Below, one piece after another: positions 46,315-58,285 of a DNA stretch of 64,000 nucleotides. The first letter of the stretch is position 1; every line of letters starts with the position of its first letter. Below the pieces are notes generated by a model. The model had not been told where the DNA came from, searched no databases, and was given only the letters and a program-made list of their open reading frames with translations. A program made the position numbers and the translations under genes. Origin of the DNA: Paramoeba atlantica (Eukaryota; Protista; Discosea). Where the stretch lies: contig CDRNVI010000099.1 of assembly GCA_977017575.1 (NCBI GenBank), positions 1 through 64,000 of the forward strand, written 5' to 3'.

Positions 46315-48487
46315 TTTTTTTTTCCAACTTACTACGCTTAAAGCTTCACACATATTTCCATTATTTTCACGTCCTCACGTGCGCAACGAAGGACGCAAGT
46401 TCTCTGCGGGCATCCGACTTACCAGCATGCGCGCTTGGGCTCGCATTAGAGTCGCATTCATTTCCGTGAGGAGGCGTTGGAAGGCCTTTCCTCTCGAAAG
46501 AGTGCCCTGTGAAGCGGCTGAGCGACGCTCGGCGACCTCACGGAGAATGGCCTGCGCGCTGTCGGACCACGATCCGAAGGATTCCACTGCCATAGCGGTG
46601 AATCTGCACCCTTGGGATTCAGCCTCGAGGAGCTCCGAACGTTTTGTGCTCCGTAGCGTACCGCTCGGCAAAGGATCCCGCTTTCCACACGTTAGCACCT
46701 CGGACTCAGTCCGTATAATATACCTATGTGTTCTATGAACACTTCTTTTTTTAATTGAACACATAGAACGCATTGAACACTTTCTGGGGAGGTACACATC
46801 CCACGAACATGTTGATTATTTTTCATAAACCTTCTTTGTTTTGCGCATATCCAAGTGATTACACATGCCCGAGCATACATATACCCGAGCATACATATAC
46901 CCGAGCATACATATACCCGAGCATACATATACTATATGTATGTGGGTTACTGAACGTGGGTAACGCAGAAGCCCAATACCAAGCCGGTAGCTAGGCCAAA
47001 GTTCGGGAGGAATACGTCTCCTGGTCGGGTGGGGCCACCGCCAGGGCCGTAGGCTAACCTCTCGTCGTGGGGGAAGTGCGCCTTGGTACACACGTCGTAG
47101 AAGTGGTCGACCAGGGCGTTGTGCCGAGAAAGTAGACCGTAGCCACTTTTGCAAGCTAGGGCGTGCCTGCCATCTGGTTCGGCCTAGCGGTTGGCTACAC
47201 TTGTCCACAGGGCAAGGGCGGGGGGCATTGTGGACGTCTGCCCCGAGCCACCAACGGGCCAGGGCGCGGAACGCCGTAGGGATAAGGGCGTACCCCAGCT
47301 CTTTGGATGGGAGAGCAAAGGCCCAGTTTGCGACCCCATCCCCACTTTGAGAAGAAGCCATCTTTTTTAGTTGGTGTTTTCTTTAGTTGGTCTTTAGGTG
47401 GTGTTGGATTTGCCGGGGGGACTCAGGATCCTCTGGTAAGACGTACCCTGTATGGACGTTGATGAGGGGTCTTCCGGATAGTTCGTTTACGTGGGTCATT
47501 GCCTCCCGGAATCCTTCTGCATCCAGTGCATCCCATCCGTCTTGGCTGGCTGCGAAGGAGACTGAGGAAGCGTACCCCGCTGAGTAGAAAAGAGAAGAGG
47601 AAGTCCAAAACCGCCATATTTTTTTCTGCGCTGAGCGCTGAGCGCACCCGGAAGGATCGAGTGAGCAAAGTGCGTCCTCTAAAGCTTGTAGCACCGCGGT
47701 GTCGAGACGCAAACATAGATCTAATAGGGGTTTAGGGGCTGTGGTGCGGAGGGAGAAGACGAGCTGACAAAAGCCAGAGCACTGGCGGATGAGGGTTAAC
47801 GCCACTTGGGGATCGACGATTTTCTTTATAGCGCTAAGTGTGGAGAATGCTGGGGCCAAGGCGTGTTCGCGAAGGTAATCACTACAGTATTGCGCGGATC
47901 CCACCGGGCTGCCTAGGATGCTGAAATTGCCATCGAAGAGAATTCTTTGTTATGGGATCTCAGGGAATAAAGTCACGAGGTGTGCGGACGGGGGGTGTAG
48001 GGTCACTTCACACTTCTGAGTGTTAAGAAGGAGTCCGAGCTGTCGACCTTCCCGCTCAATGACTTTGAGGGCTTGCTTGACGAGCGCCGCCTTGCCGGCA
48101 AGTACCCCGTCGTCAAGGTACCAGACATGGAGGAAAAGTTCTTCAGGAAACTCAGCGTTAATAATTTGCGCGAGATGATGGATTACCAGGGAGAAAAGGG
48201 GCGGTCCCAAGGGATCGCCTTGTTGAACGCCTTCTGCGGAGTGCAGAATGTGTTGCCCAAAGGTGACGTAGCTGTCCGTTTCGTAACACCATTCTACCCA
48301 TTTAGAGAGGAGGTTAGGAAAGTGCTTCTGAGTCAAGGAGGGAAAGGCGGATCTTGAGACGTCATTAAACGCGTTTGAGAGATCAATTTTGCACAGGACG
48401 AAATCTGGGTCGTCAGCATGCTTGGTCACCGTCTGACGACAGAGATGAATCATGCGTTCGGCGCCAGCGGCGGTGGCGACACCATAC
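46315..48487 (-). mobile_element. 5'-truncated, degenerate CRE-clade non-LTR retrotransposon (RT + CCHC finger + RLE), A9 tail
   Basis: GVATAAGAERMIH, KIDLSNAFN, GVQQGDPLGP, WYLDDG, YGGFGL, DGRHALACKSG...RHN, RPGDVFLP...DFCVTH, AMAVESFG. It has an in-frame TAA at 47950, a frameshift near 47620 and a 16-bp-repeat insertion at ~46700-46950. Confidence 0.88.
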
Positions 48488-49021
48488 TCTCCCTCTCATT
48501 AATTTTTATAAATTATAAATTATAACAAAAAATGAGATATACCGTGGAAACATTGATTAAGAATTACACTAATTAAGGGAAAATGGTTTTCAAAAAAATT
48601 TATTCCCTTAATTAGTGTTCCCTTATTTTATGTAGAAGGAGGTCAAGGAGGCCTTCAGAAACCTCCTAATCCACTACGGGTTTAATCCAAAGGTTCTCAT
48701 CCAAACTATGGATCTACCAACACGCCGTCCTATCCAAATTGCGCTTTCATTCGTTGTTCATGCCAGCCTTACTCATTCATTGAGAGGCTACAAAAGAGAA
48801 CCACCCACCATATCAAGAAGTGGATGAACTTTGCCTCTGCCACCAGTATTGAAACCTTATACAGGGGGGATCGCCAATATCAGGACACCTCCTGTTTTTG
48901 TCCTTGGGTCCGTTTCACCTGAGTTTTGTTGCAAAGGAGAGTTCTCGACGCGAATATGGTCCATACTTTTCGACATTAGGATGTACTTTAATAATTATTA
49001 ATAATTCTTTAATAATAATTA

Positions 49022-49115
49022 CTGTCCCCCCCGTTTAAGCGCACCTCGTTTTCCGTGAAAAGTGCGCTTAAACGGGGGGGGTCTGACCGTGTGCGCTTAA
49101 GGGGAGGGAGGACAG
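49022..49115. mobile_element. Tiny MITE (duplicated at ~55537-55630)
   Basis: TA|ctgtccccccgtttaagcgcac ... gtgcgcttaaggggagggaggacag|TA. Confidence 0.65.
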
Positions 49116-50699
49116 TATTATTAGAAGGAAAAATTATTAATAATTTTACAGGTATGGGTGTGACAGATAATTACGGGGGTCAAAATGCGACAGATATCTA
49201 GCGGGGTCCATCGCCAAAAAAAGCAAGGGAACGAAAAGTTACAGAAACTTTTTCTTTATTGCCTAGGAAGGTTCCTTTGCACCCCAATGGGGTACTACCG
49301 TACAACCCCCCAGTAAGAGTGGGTTTTGACCAAATCTCTCTTACTGGGGGGTTATGCTTTTTAGGCCAGTTTTCTTTTTTATCCAAACTTTTTTGACAAC
49401 CTTTTTTTAGAGTTTTTCTCTTTTTCGAATAGTTCTGTCTAAAAGAAATTGTCATTCTGTCATTGATTTCATTTCATCTACTTTTTTTAAGTTATGACAA
49501 CGGACATTCGCATACAACTTGCGTTAGAAAGCGTTGTCCAAGACTCCAGCCCAACTATATTTGATTTTCATATGCTTCATATAAAATATTGATTCTTTGT
49601 TTTTGATTGTGCGTTTTCTTCTCTGTGCTTCAACCTCATTTGATTGCCCAGAATAAGGGCTAAATCTCTCTTACTGGGGGCCAGCCCAAAAAGAGCCAAA
49701 TCTCTCTTCCTGGGGGGGTATACGGTATAAGCTGAAGACATGCGTCTACGGGGTAAAAAGAATCCCAGAGAGTGAAGCGGATGATGAAGGAGATGATGGG
49801 GATAATGAGGGGAATGATAAAGGGGATGGAGGGTATGACGAAGGGAACGATGATGGGGATGATGAAGGGACGCTGGTGGAGACGTTGAAGCTAACGAGCT
49901 CCGAATCCTGCTTTCCAATTTCTTCCGTAGAACTCTACGATCCCAACATTACATACTCCCATCATATCCCATCATTGTTCATAATCCCATCATTGTTTAC
50001 CAATAAAAAACACAAGCTTTCTTTGATTGAAATTCATAGTCAAGGTCCCGCTTCATCACAAAACGTTTTTCAAAATGTATGAAGTACCGTACTATCCGTA
50101 CTAGGGAGATGTATGGGTATACTAAATTTTGTCTAAAAAGCAAAAAATAATTTATAATTATATTTAATTTATCAGTAGTTGCTAGAAAAATGTTGCCTTG
50201 ACCTTAAAATGCGATTTCTTGCCGTGTGATGGCTAGAAAGTGGATCTGTCGCTTCTAAAAAAGGGATATCTCCCGCTCCTGTTGCTGGGAGGGGGGGGTA
50301 GGTATACTAAGTGGGCACGGGTATACTATCCTGGAACATAGTTTAGTATTAAACAAGTTTAGATAGTAGATTTTTTTACAAATTCTTTTGATTACGATTT
50401 CTCTTTCCATCACCTTTCCACCGTACCGTCGAACTGGTACGTGGCTCCGGGCTTTGGGCCGGTATAGCAGGCTTAAAGGAGACCGAGGTTACCGAAAGGA
50501 AGTGGATGTTGTCACGGGGGGTATTACAGTCCATGCTGTGCATTCATCGTCAGTTAGCCCCTAGGACACACTTCATTTGCCTCGGCCTGCTATTCTCGTG
50601 AATATGAAAGTCCCGATCCAGCCACTAGTTGTTTTTCCAACGGCGGCCACTGCGCCTCCCCCCCACTAAGAAACGCGGAAAACCGGAATCATGGGATGA

Positions 50700-51195
50700 T
50701 CATGGCGATAATGAAGGGTAAAATGAAGGGGATGGCGAAGGCGATAGTGATAGTACGGTATACAGTGGTTAATGGAAGGCCCTCGCGAAGGGCAATCCAG
50801 GTTCCTTATTGTTCTCGAAGTGGGATCGACGTTTGACTAATAAACTATAAATGATGCAACCCACCACTTTAATTGGAATAACACTCGAACATGGACTATG
50901 CGTTCATTGCGGCATGGGAAGGCCACTGAGCTTCGAGTCCGTGGTATTCCTATTTCAGAGAGGCAATTATTGGGACGATGGCGGTCTCACTCGTCAGAAC
51001 AATCGAATGTCACAGCCTACCAGCGCCAACCACGGGAGTCCAACTCCCCGTAAATAGCCAGCATGTGACATCCAATCATTGGCAATGTCACATTGTCACA
51101 TAGGCAATGTCACCGCCGACTTGCCACAACCCAAGGGAGGCCAATTCCCCATAACTAACCTGCATGTGACATACAATGTTACTGCCTACCAGCGG
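50700..51195 (+). pseudogene. Second acidic stretch + YR C-terminal remnant + short repeats
   Basis: WTMRSLRHGKATELRVRGIPISERQLLGRW; homologous to 42640-43270. Confidence 0.75.
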
Positions 51196-54100
51196 CTTTA
51201 CGACGTTTAGTCGACGGTTCCTGAATATCCGAACATGTGAGCCGCACGATCGTTTGTAGCGTTAAGTGTAGCATGTAAAGTTAGAATGTATATTATTGTT
51301 TTTTAAAAAATAAAAAATAATTCTATGAATGTACTGTACCCCGTAGTTTTCAGTCACTACGTTTCGTGGAAAAGAGACATAAACTTTAATAGGGCTACGC
51401 GTGCCCGCCCCCCCTTTGATAGGGCTATTTTGTCTAAAAGGCCAAAGATTTGTTTAGGGGGGGGGCATTTTTTTTATGAAATCCGCCGATGAAAGAAGCA
51501 GCGGCGTTTTTCCGGTGCATAGCTATCCGAGTGTAAAATAGTGTATAAAAAAGCTGCAAGACCTTGTTTAGGAACTATAGAAAACTTCTCCTGAAAATTA
51601 TTGTCCTATGAATTTTCGGGAGGATCTGGTGCCGCGTGGACCGTTAAGCAACTGGATCATTTCGCGAACTCCAGTGGCTCGTGTATCACATGTGGTCGGA
51701 CCTTTTGTTTCCGGACAAGAACCTGGTATCTCTCTTCCCCAAAATTCTCTTTTAAGCACGTCCCTCTCTCCCTCCCTTTGTTCCTCCATCATTATACCGC
51801 AGAAAACACTTGTCGGTGCAAGACAAGTTGTACGTGTGTCGTTCTTCGTCTTCCGTATCAAAACTTGCGAAGTCATAATATTGCCGAGGAGACCATACGG
51901 AAAATAAAGCGAGTCGGAGAAAAAGATTATCAATCAAGAATGAATCGTGGAGGTCGCGACCGGAAGCGTGAGTGAGCCTTCAATAGCTCGCGACAAGATT
52001 TTATGGTAAAGTTTCATGAAACCCTTCTCGGTCTGTGGAATGGTCATATCCCTATCACTCGAAATAGGGTGCTCCAGTTGATGAGTCGTTACGTGTTTTG
52101 ATGGACTTGACGAACGTTTGGAAAAACTCAAGCTATCACGCCGGCAGATATTGATCAACGAATAAGACGATGGTCGCATCATCTGTACTCGCAGCACGAT
52201 GTTCGTCAGTACAGCTATGTTATTTTCGGAGATAAGACTAGCGTTAGCGTCGACGGCGAACTGAAGGGGAAAAATTTAGCGCCAGTGGGCGTGATTTCAG
52301 TCAAAGTCGTTCGGACGAATGAAAAGCAAACACTGACTATTTTTCTTGCCGCCTTATTTTCCGTCAAGGATAAGGGGGTGTATCCTCGTCTAATCCTGCA
52401 GAAATACAATTCCTGAAAATTGATTCCTGAAAATTCGAGTTACTGAATTTAATGCACTTTAAATAGTCTTTTTTAGGTATTTGTTTTGTGATTTTATACT
52501 TTCGCTTTATTCGTGCGCGTTATAAATTCGTGTGCGTTATCTATTTTGAGAACGACGACGACGACCTACAAATTGTTCTTGTGTGTATTATGATGACCTA
52601 CAAGTTGTTCTATTCATCACTCTCAGAACGTCATCCATCCGCTTTGATCACAAGATCTTTGCAAACTGATTGCGGGAGACACTCAGTTTGACCACGGTTT
52701 TCGGCACGGTCCCGAAATCTAGCATCACGAAAAAGTATTCGGGTCCAGTTTTTCCAGATGACCAGGCAATAGTTCTAACGGAACGTTGCCTGAGAAACTA
52801 CTACGTTCTAGATTCAAGGAAAGAAGCGTGGAAAGTAAATCTTTTTTTTTCCAACTTACTACGCTTAAAGCTTCACACATATTTCCATTATTTTCACGTC
52901 CTCACGTGCGCAACGAAGGACGCAAGTTCTCTGCGGGCATCCGACTTACCAGCATGCGCGCTTGGGCTCGCATTAGAGTCACATTCATTTCCGTGAGGAG
53001 GCGTTGGAAGGCCTTTCCTCTCGAAAGAGTGCCCTGCGAAGCGGCTGAGCGACGCTCGGCGACCTCACGGAGAATGGCCTGCGCGCTGTCGGACCACGAT
53101 CCGAAGGATTCCACTGCCATAGCGGTGAATCTGCACCCTTGGGATTCAGCCTCGAGGAGCTCCGAACGTTTTGTGCTCCGTAGCGTACCGCTCGGCAAAG
53201 GATCCCGCTTTCCACACGTTAGCACCTCGGACTCAGTCCGTATAATATACCTATGTGTTCTATGAACACTTCTTTTTTTAATTGAACACATAGAACGCAT
53301 TGAACACTTTCTGGGGAGGTACACATCCCACGAACATGTTGATTATTTTTCATAAACCTTCTTTGTTTTGCGCATATCCAAGTGATTACACATGCCCGAG
53401 CATACATATACCCAAGCATACATATACTATATGTATGTGGGTTACTGAACGTGGGTAACGCAGAAGTCCAATACCAAGCCGGTAGCTAGGCCAAAGTTCG
53501 GGAGGAATACGTCTCCTGGTCGGGTGGGGCCACCGCCAGGGCCGTAGGCTAACCTCTCGTTGTGGGGCGAAGTGCGCCTTGGTACACACGTCGTAGAAGT
53601 GGTCGACCAGGGCGTTGTGCCGAGAAAGTAGACCGTAGCCACTTTTGCAAGCCAGGGCGTGCCTGCCATCTGGTTCGGCCTAGCGGTTGGCTACACTTGT
53701 CCATAGGGCAAGGGCGGGGGGCATTGTGGACGTCTGCCCCGAGCCACCAACGGGCCAGGGCGCGGAACTCCGTAGGGATAAGGGCGTACCCCAGCTCTTT
53801 GGATGGGAGAGCAAAGGCCCAGTTTGCGGCCCCATCCCCACTTTGAGAAAGCCATCTTTCTTTAGTTGGTGTTTTCTTTAGTTGGTCTTTAGGTGGTGTT
53901 GGATTTGCCGGGGGGCTCAGGATCCTCTGGTAAGAGGTACCCTGTATGGACGTTGATGAGGGGTCTTCCGGATAGTTCGTTTACGTGGGTCATTGCCTCC
54001 CGGAATCCTTCTGCATCCAGTGCATCCCATCCGTCTTGGCTGGCTGCGAAGGAGACTGAGGAAGCGTACCCCGCTGAGTAGAAAAGAGAAGAGGAAGTCC

Positions 54101-57100
54101 AAAACCGCCATATTTTTTTCTGCGCTGAGCGCTGAGCGCATCCGGAAGGATCGAGTGAGCAAAGTGCGTCCTCTAAAGCTTGTAGCACCGCGGTGTCGAG
54201 ACGCAAACATAGATCTAATAGGGGTTTAGGGGCTGTGGTGCGGAGGGAGAAGACGAGCTGACAAAAGCCAGAGCACTGGCGGATGAGGGTTAACGCCACT
54301 TGGGGATCGACGATTTTCTTTATAGCGCTAAGTGTGGACAATGCTGGGGCCAAGGCGTGTTCGCGGAGGTAATCACTACAGTATTGCGCGGATCCCACCT
54401 GGCTGCCTAGGATGCTGAAATTGCCATCGAAGAGAATTCTTTGTTATGGGATCTCAGGGAATAAAGTCACGAGGTGTGCGGACGGGGGGTGTAGGGTCAC
54501 TTCACACTTCTGAGTGTTAAGAAGGAGTCCGAGCTGTCGACTTTCCCGCTCAATGACTTCGAGGGCTTGCTTGACGAGCGCCGCCTTGCCGGCAAGTACC
54601 CCGTCGTCAAGGTACCAGACATGGAGGAAAAGTTCTTCAGGAAACTCAGCGTTAATAAATAAAAAAAATAAATAAAAATTTGCGCGAGATGATGGATTAC
54701 CAGGGAGAAAAGGAGCGGTCCCAAGGGATCGCCTTGTTGAACGCCTTCTGCGGAGTGCAGAATGTGTTGCCCAAAGGTGACGTAGCTGTCCGTTTCGTAA
54801 CACCATTCTACCCATTTAGAGAGGGGGTTAGGAAAGTGCTTCTGAGTCAAGGAGGGAAAGGCGGATCTTGAGACGTCATTAAACGCGTTTGAGAGATCAA
54901 TTTTGCACAGGACGAAATCTGGGTCGTCAGCATGCTTGGTCACCGTCTGACGACAGAGATGAATCATGCGTTCGGCGCCAGCGGCGGTGGCGACACCATA
55001 CTCTCCCTCTCATTAATTTTTATAAATTATAAATTATAACAAAAAATGAGATATACCGTGGAAACATTAATTAAGAATTACACTAATTAAGGGAAAATGG
55101 TTTTCAAAAAAACTTATTCCCTTAATTAGTGTTCCCTTATTTTATGTAGAAGGAGGTCAAGGAGGCCTTCAGAAACCTCCTAATCCACTACGGGTTTAAT
55201 CCAAAGGTTCTCATCCAAACTATGGATCTACCAACACGCCGTCCTATCCAAATTGCGCTTTCATTCGTTGTTCATGCCAGCCTTACTCATTCATTGAGAG
55301 GCTACAAAAGAGAACCACCCACCATATCAAGAAGTGGATGAACTTTGCCTCTGCCACCAGTATTGAAACCTTATACAGGGGGGATCGCCAATATCAGGAC
55401 ACCTCCTGTTTTTGTCCTTGGGTCCGTTTCACCTGAGTTTTGTTGCAAAGGAGAGTTCTCGACGCGAATATGGTCCATACTTTTCGGCATTAGGATGTAC
55501 TTTAATAATTATTAATAATTCTTTAATAATAATTACTGTCCCCCCCGTTTAAGCGCACCTCGTTTTCCGTGAAAAGTGCGCTTAAACGGGGGGGGGTCTG
55601 ACCGTGTGCGCTTAAGGGGAGGGAGGACAGTATTATTAGAAGGAAAAATTATTAATAATTTTACAGGTATGGGTGTGACAGATAGTTACGGGGGTCAAAA
55701 TGCGACAGATATCTAGCGGGGTCCATCGCCAAAAAAAGCAAGGGAACGAAAAGTTACAGAAACTTTTTCTTTATTGCCTAGGAAGGTTCCTTTGCACCCC
55801 AATGGGGTACTACCGTACAACCCCCCAGTAAGAGTGGGTTTTGACCAAATCTCTCTTACTGGGGGGTTATGCTTTTTAGGCCAGTTTTCTTTTTTCTCCA
55901 AACTTTTTTGACAACCTTTTTTTTAGAGTTTTTCTCTTTTTCGAATAGTTCTGTCTAAAAGAAATTGTCATTCTGTCATTGATTTCATTTCATCTACTTT
56001 TTTTAAGTTATGACAACGGACATTCGCATACAACTTGCGTTAGAAAGCGTTGTCCAAGACTCCAGCCCAACTATATTTGATTTTCGTATGCTTCATATAA
56101 AATATTGACTCTTTGTTTTTGATTGTGCGTTTTCTTCTCTGTGCTTCAACCTCATTTGATTGCCCAGAATAAGGGCTAAATCTCTCTTACTGGGGGCCAG
56201 CCCAAAAAGAGCCAAATCTCTCTTCCTGGGGGGTATACGGTATAAGCTGAAGACATGCGTCTACGGGGTAAAAAGAATACCAGAGAGTGAAGCGGATGAT
56301 GAAGGAGATGATGGGGATAATGAGGGGAATGATAAAGGGGATGGAGGGTATGACGAAGGGAACGATGATGGGGATGATGAAGGGGACGCTGGTGGAGACG
56401 TTGAAGCTAACGAGCTCCGAATCCTGCTTTCCAATTTCTTCCGTAGAACTCTACGATCCCAACATTACATACTCCCATCATATCCCATCATTGTTCATAA
56501 TCCCATCATTGTTTACCAATAAAAAACACGAGCTTTCTTTGATTGAAATTCATAGTCAAGGTCCCGCTTCATCACAAAACGTTTTTCAAAATGTATGAAG
56601 TACCGTACTATCCGTACTAGGGAGATGTATGGGTATACTAAATTTTGTCTAAAAAGCAAAAAATAATTTATAATTATATTTAATTTATCAGTAGTTGCTA
56701 GAAAAATGTTGCCTTGACCTTAAAATGCGATTTCTTGCCGTGTGATGGCTAGAAAATGGATCTGTCGCTTCTAAAAAAGGGATGTCTCCCGCTCCTGTTG
56801 CTGGGAGGGGGGGGGGTAGGTATACTAAGTGGGCACGGGTATACTATCCTGGAACATAGTTTAGTATTAAACAAGTTTAGATAGTAGATTTTTTTACAAA
56901 TTCTTTTGATTACGATTTCTCTTTCCATCACCTTTCCACCGTACGGTCGAACTGATACGTGGCTCCGGGCTTTGGGCCGGTATAGCAGGCTTAAAGGAGA
57001 CCGAGGTTACCGAAAGGAAGTGGATGTTGTCACGGGGGGTATTACAGTCCATGCTGTGCATTCATCGTCAGTTAGCCCCTAGGACACACTTCATTTGCCT

Positions 57101-57378
57101 CGGCCTGCTATTCTCGTGAATATAAAAGTCCCGATCCAGCCACTAGTTGTTTTTCCAACGGCGGCCACTGCGCCTCCCCCCCACTAAGAAACGCGGAAAA
57201 CCGGAATCATGGGATGATCATGGCGATAATGAAGGGTAAAATGAAGGGGATGGCGAAGGCGATAGTGATAGTACGGTATACAGTGGTTAATGGAAGGCCC
57301 TCGCGAAGGGCAATCCAGGTTCCTTATTGTTCTCGAAGTGGGATCGACGTTTGACTAATAAACTATAAATGATGCAAC
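51196..57378. repeat. Segmental duplication, copy B; begins with an ~80-bp 5' stub of an LRR gene (51196-51274)
   Basis: Near-identical to copy A. The stub encodes MLHLTLQTIVRLTCSDIQEPSTKRRK. Confidence 0.95.
52842..55001 (-). mobile_element. Duplicate of the CRE-like relic, with the same lesions plus a 20-nt insertion at 54659-54678
   Basis: Same motifs and the same stop and frameshift as 46315-48487. Confidence 0.88.
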
Positions 57379-57388
57379 TATAAATGAT

Positions 57389-58285
57389 TCAATGATTCTC
57401 GAGCTTTATCTGTGTGTTATATACGCACAAACCGTACTCTTGCACATGCTCAGGAAATGGCGATTTTGTTACGTTGCTACGCAAGTTCACATTATCTGAT
57501 AAATCCAAACCCCTCAATGAACATGGAAGCCCCGCCAAGTTGACATCACCAGAAAACATATTGCGCGACAAATCAAGGTGCCGAATCCCCGAAGGAAGTT
57601 GTCGGAGATCGAGTTCGCCGGACAACTGATTTCCAGAGAGATATACTTGACGTATGTTAGGCGGAAACAAAGTCAAATCAAGTGACCCGGTAAGACGATT
57701 TCCGCTAAGGTTCACATTTTGCATATTGACCGGCAGACTCGTCAAACATACAGTTCCATTGAACCTGTTGTCATTCAAAGTCAAATCTTCGAAACAGTGC
57801 GGAAGGGAAGTCAAGTCCAACTCGCATTCAAATCGATTTTCGTACAGAGTTAGTGATCGCAGTTCCGAAGGCAAGCGCGTGAGCGGCACCGCACCTTCCA
57901 GCGCGTTCTGACTCGCATTAAAATCGTACAGACTATGTGGGAGATGAATCAGGTTCATAGTGCCTGCCAAATGTAGTTGACCCCATTCTATGCGGGTGAC
58001 TTCTTCCCGCTCCAAACAAATCACACCTTCCCACTCACATGCTGGCGTGTGAAGACTCCACGATTCGTCCAAGTTGTGGACTTCCGCGAGGAGACGAACA
58101 AGGTGATACTCTTGGGGTAAATTAGCAGCACTCACTTTGGCAATACGCGATCTCATATTTGTAATTTGTTCATCGGAATGGGTGTTCGAAGATACTGGAG
58201 TTTCGACTTTACGACGTTTAGTCGATGGCTCCTGAATATCCGAACATGTGAGCCGCACGATCGTCTGTAGCGTTAAGTGTGGCAT
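57389..58285 (-). CDS. Small LRR protein (member 8)
   Basis: CSDIQEPSTKRRKVE, PACEWEGVIC, seven LRRs; central repeats nearly identical to member 7. Confidence 0.9.
   Translation of the reverse strand: MPHLTLQTIVRLTCSDIQEPSTKRRKVETPVSSNTHSDEQITNMRSRIAKVSAANLPQEYHLVRLLAEVHNLDESWSLHTPACEWEGVICLEREEVTRIEWGQLHLAGTMNLIHLPHSLYDFNASQNALEGAVPLTRLPSELRSLTLYENRFECELDLTSLPHCFEDLTLNDNRFNGTVCLTSLPVNMQNVNLSGNRLTGSLDLTLFPPNIRQVYLSGNQLSGELDLRQLPSGIRHLDLSRNMFSGDVNLAGLPCSLRGLDLSDNVNLRSNVTKSPFPEHVQEYGLCVYNTQIKLENH

Larger units (their letters stand above)
44671..50860. repeat. Segmental duplication, copy A (~6.2 kb)
   Basis: Near-identical to 51196-57378 at an offset of about 6525 bp. Confidence 0.95.

Noticed and set aside
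26271-47952. Stop-codon reassignment (TGA at the hAT TRW motif at 26271, TAG in the YR at 31535, TAA in the CRE RT at 47950)
   Set aside because: Each stop sits in an element that also has frameshifts. The paralogue at ~4272 has TGG. The 2124-aa ORF has no internal stops, and the LRR genes end at standard stops.
48640-48900. Possible non-LTR RT thumb fragment (IERLQKRTTHHIKKWMNFASATSIETLYRG), duplicated near 55150-55400
   Set aside because: Short, frameshifted and only weakly similar by eye; it needs a profile search.
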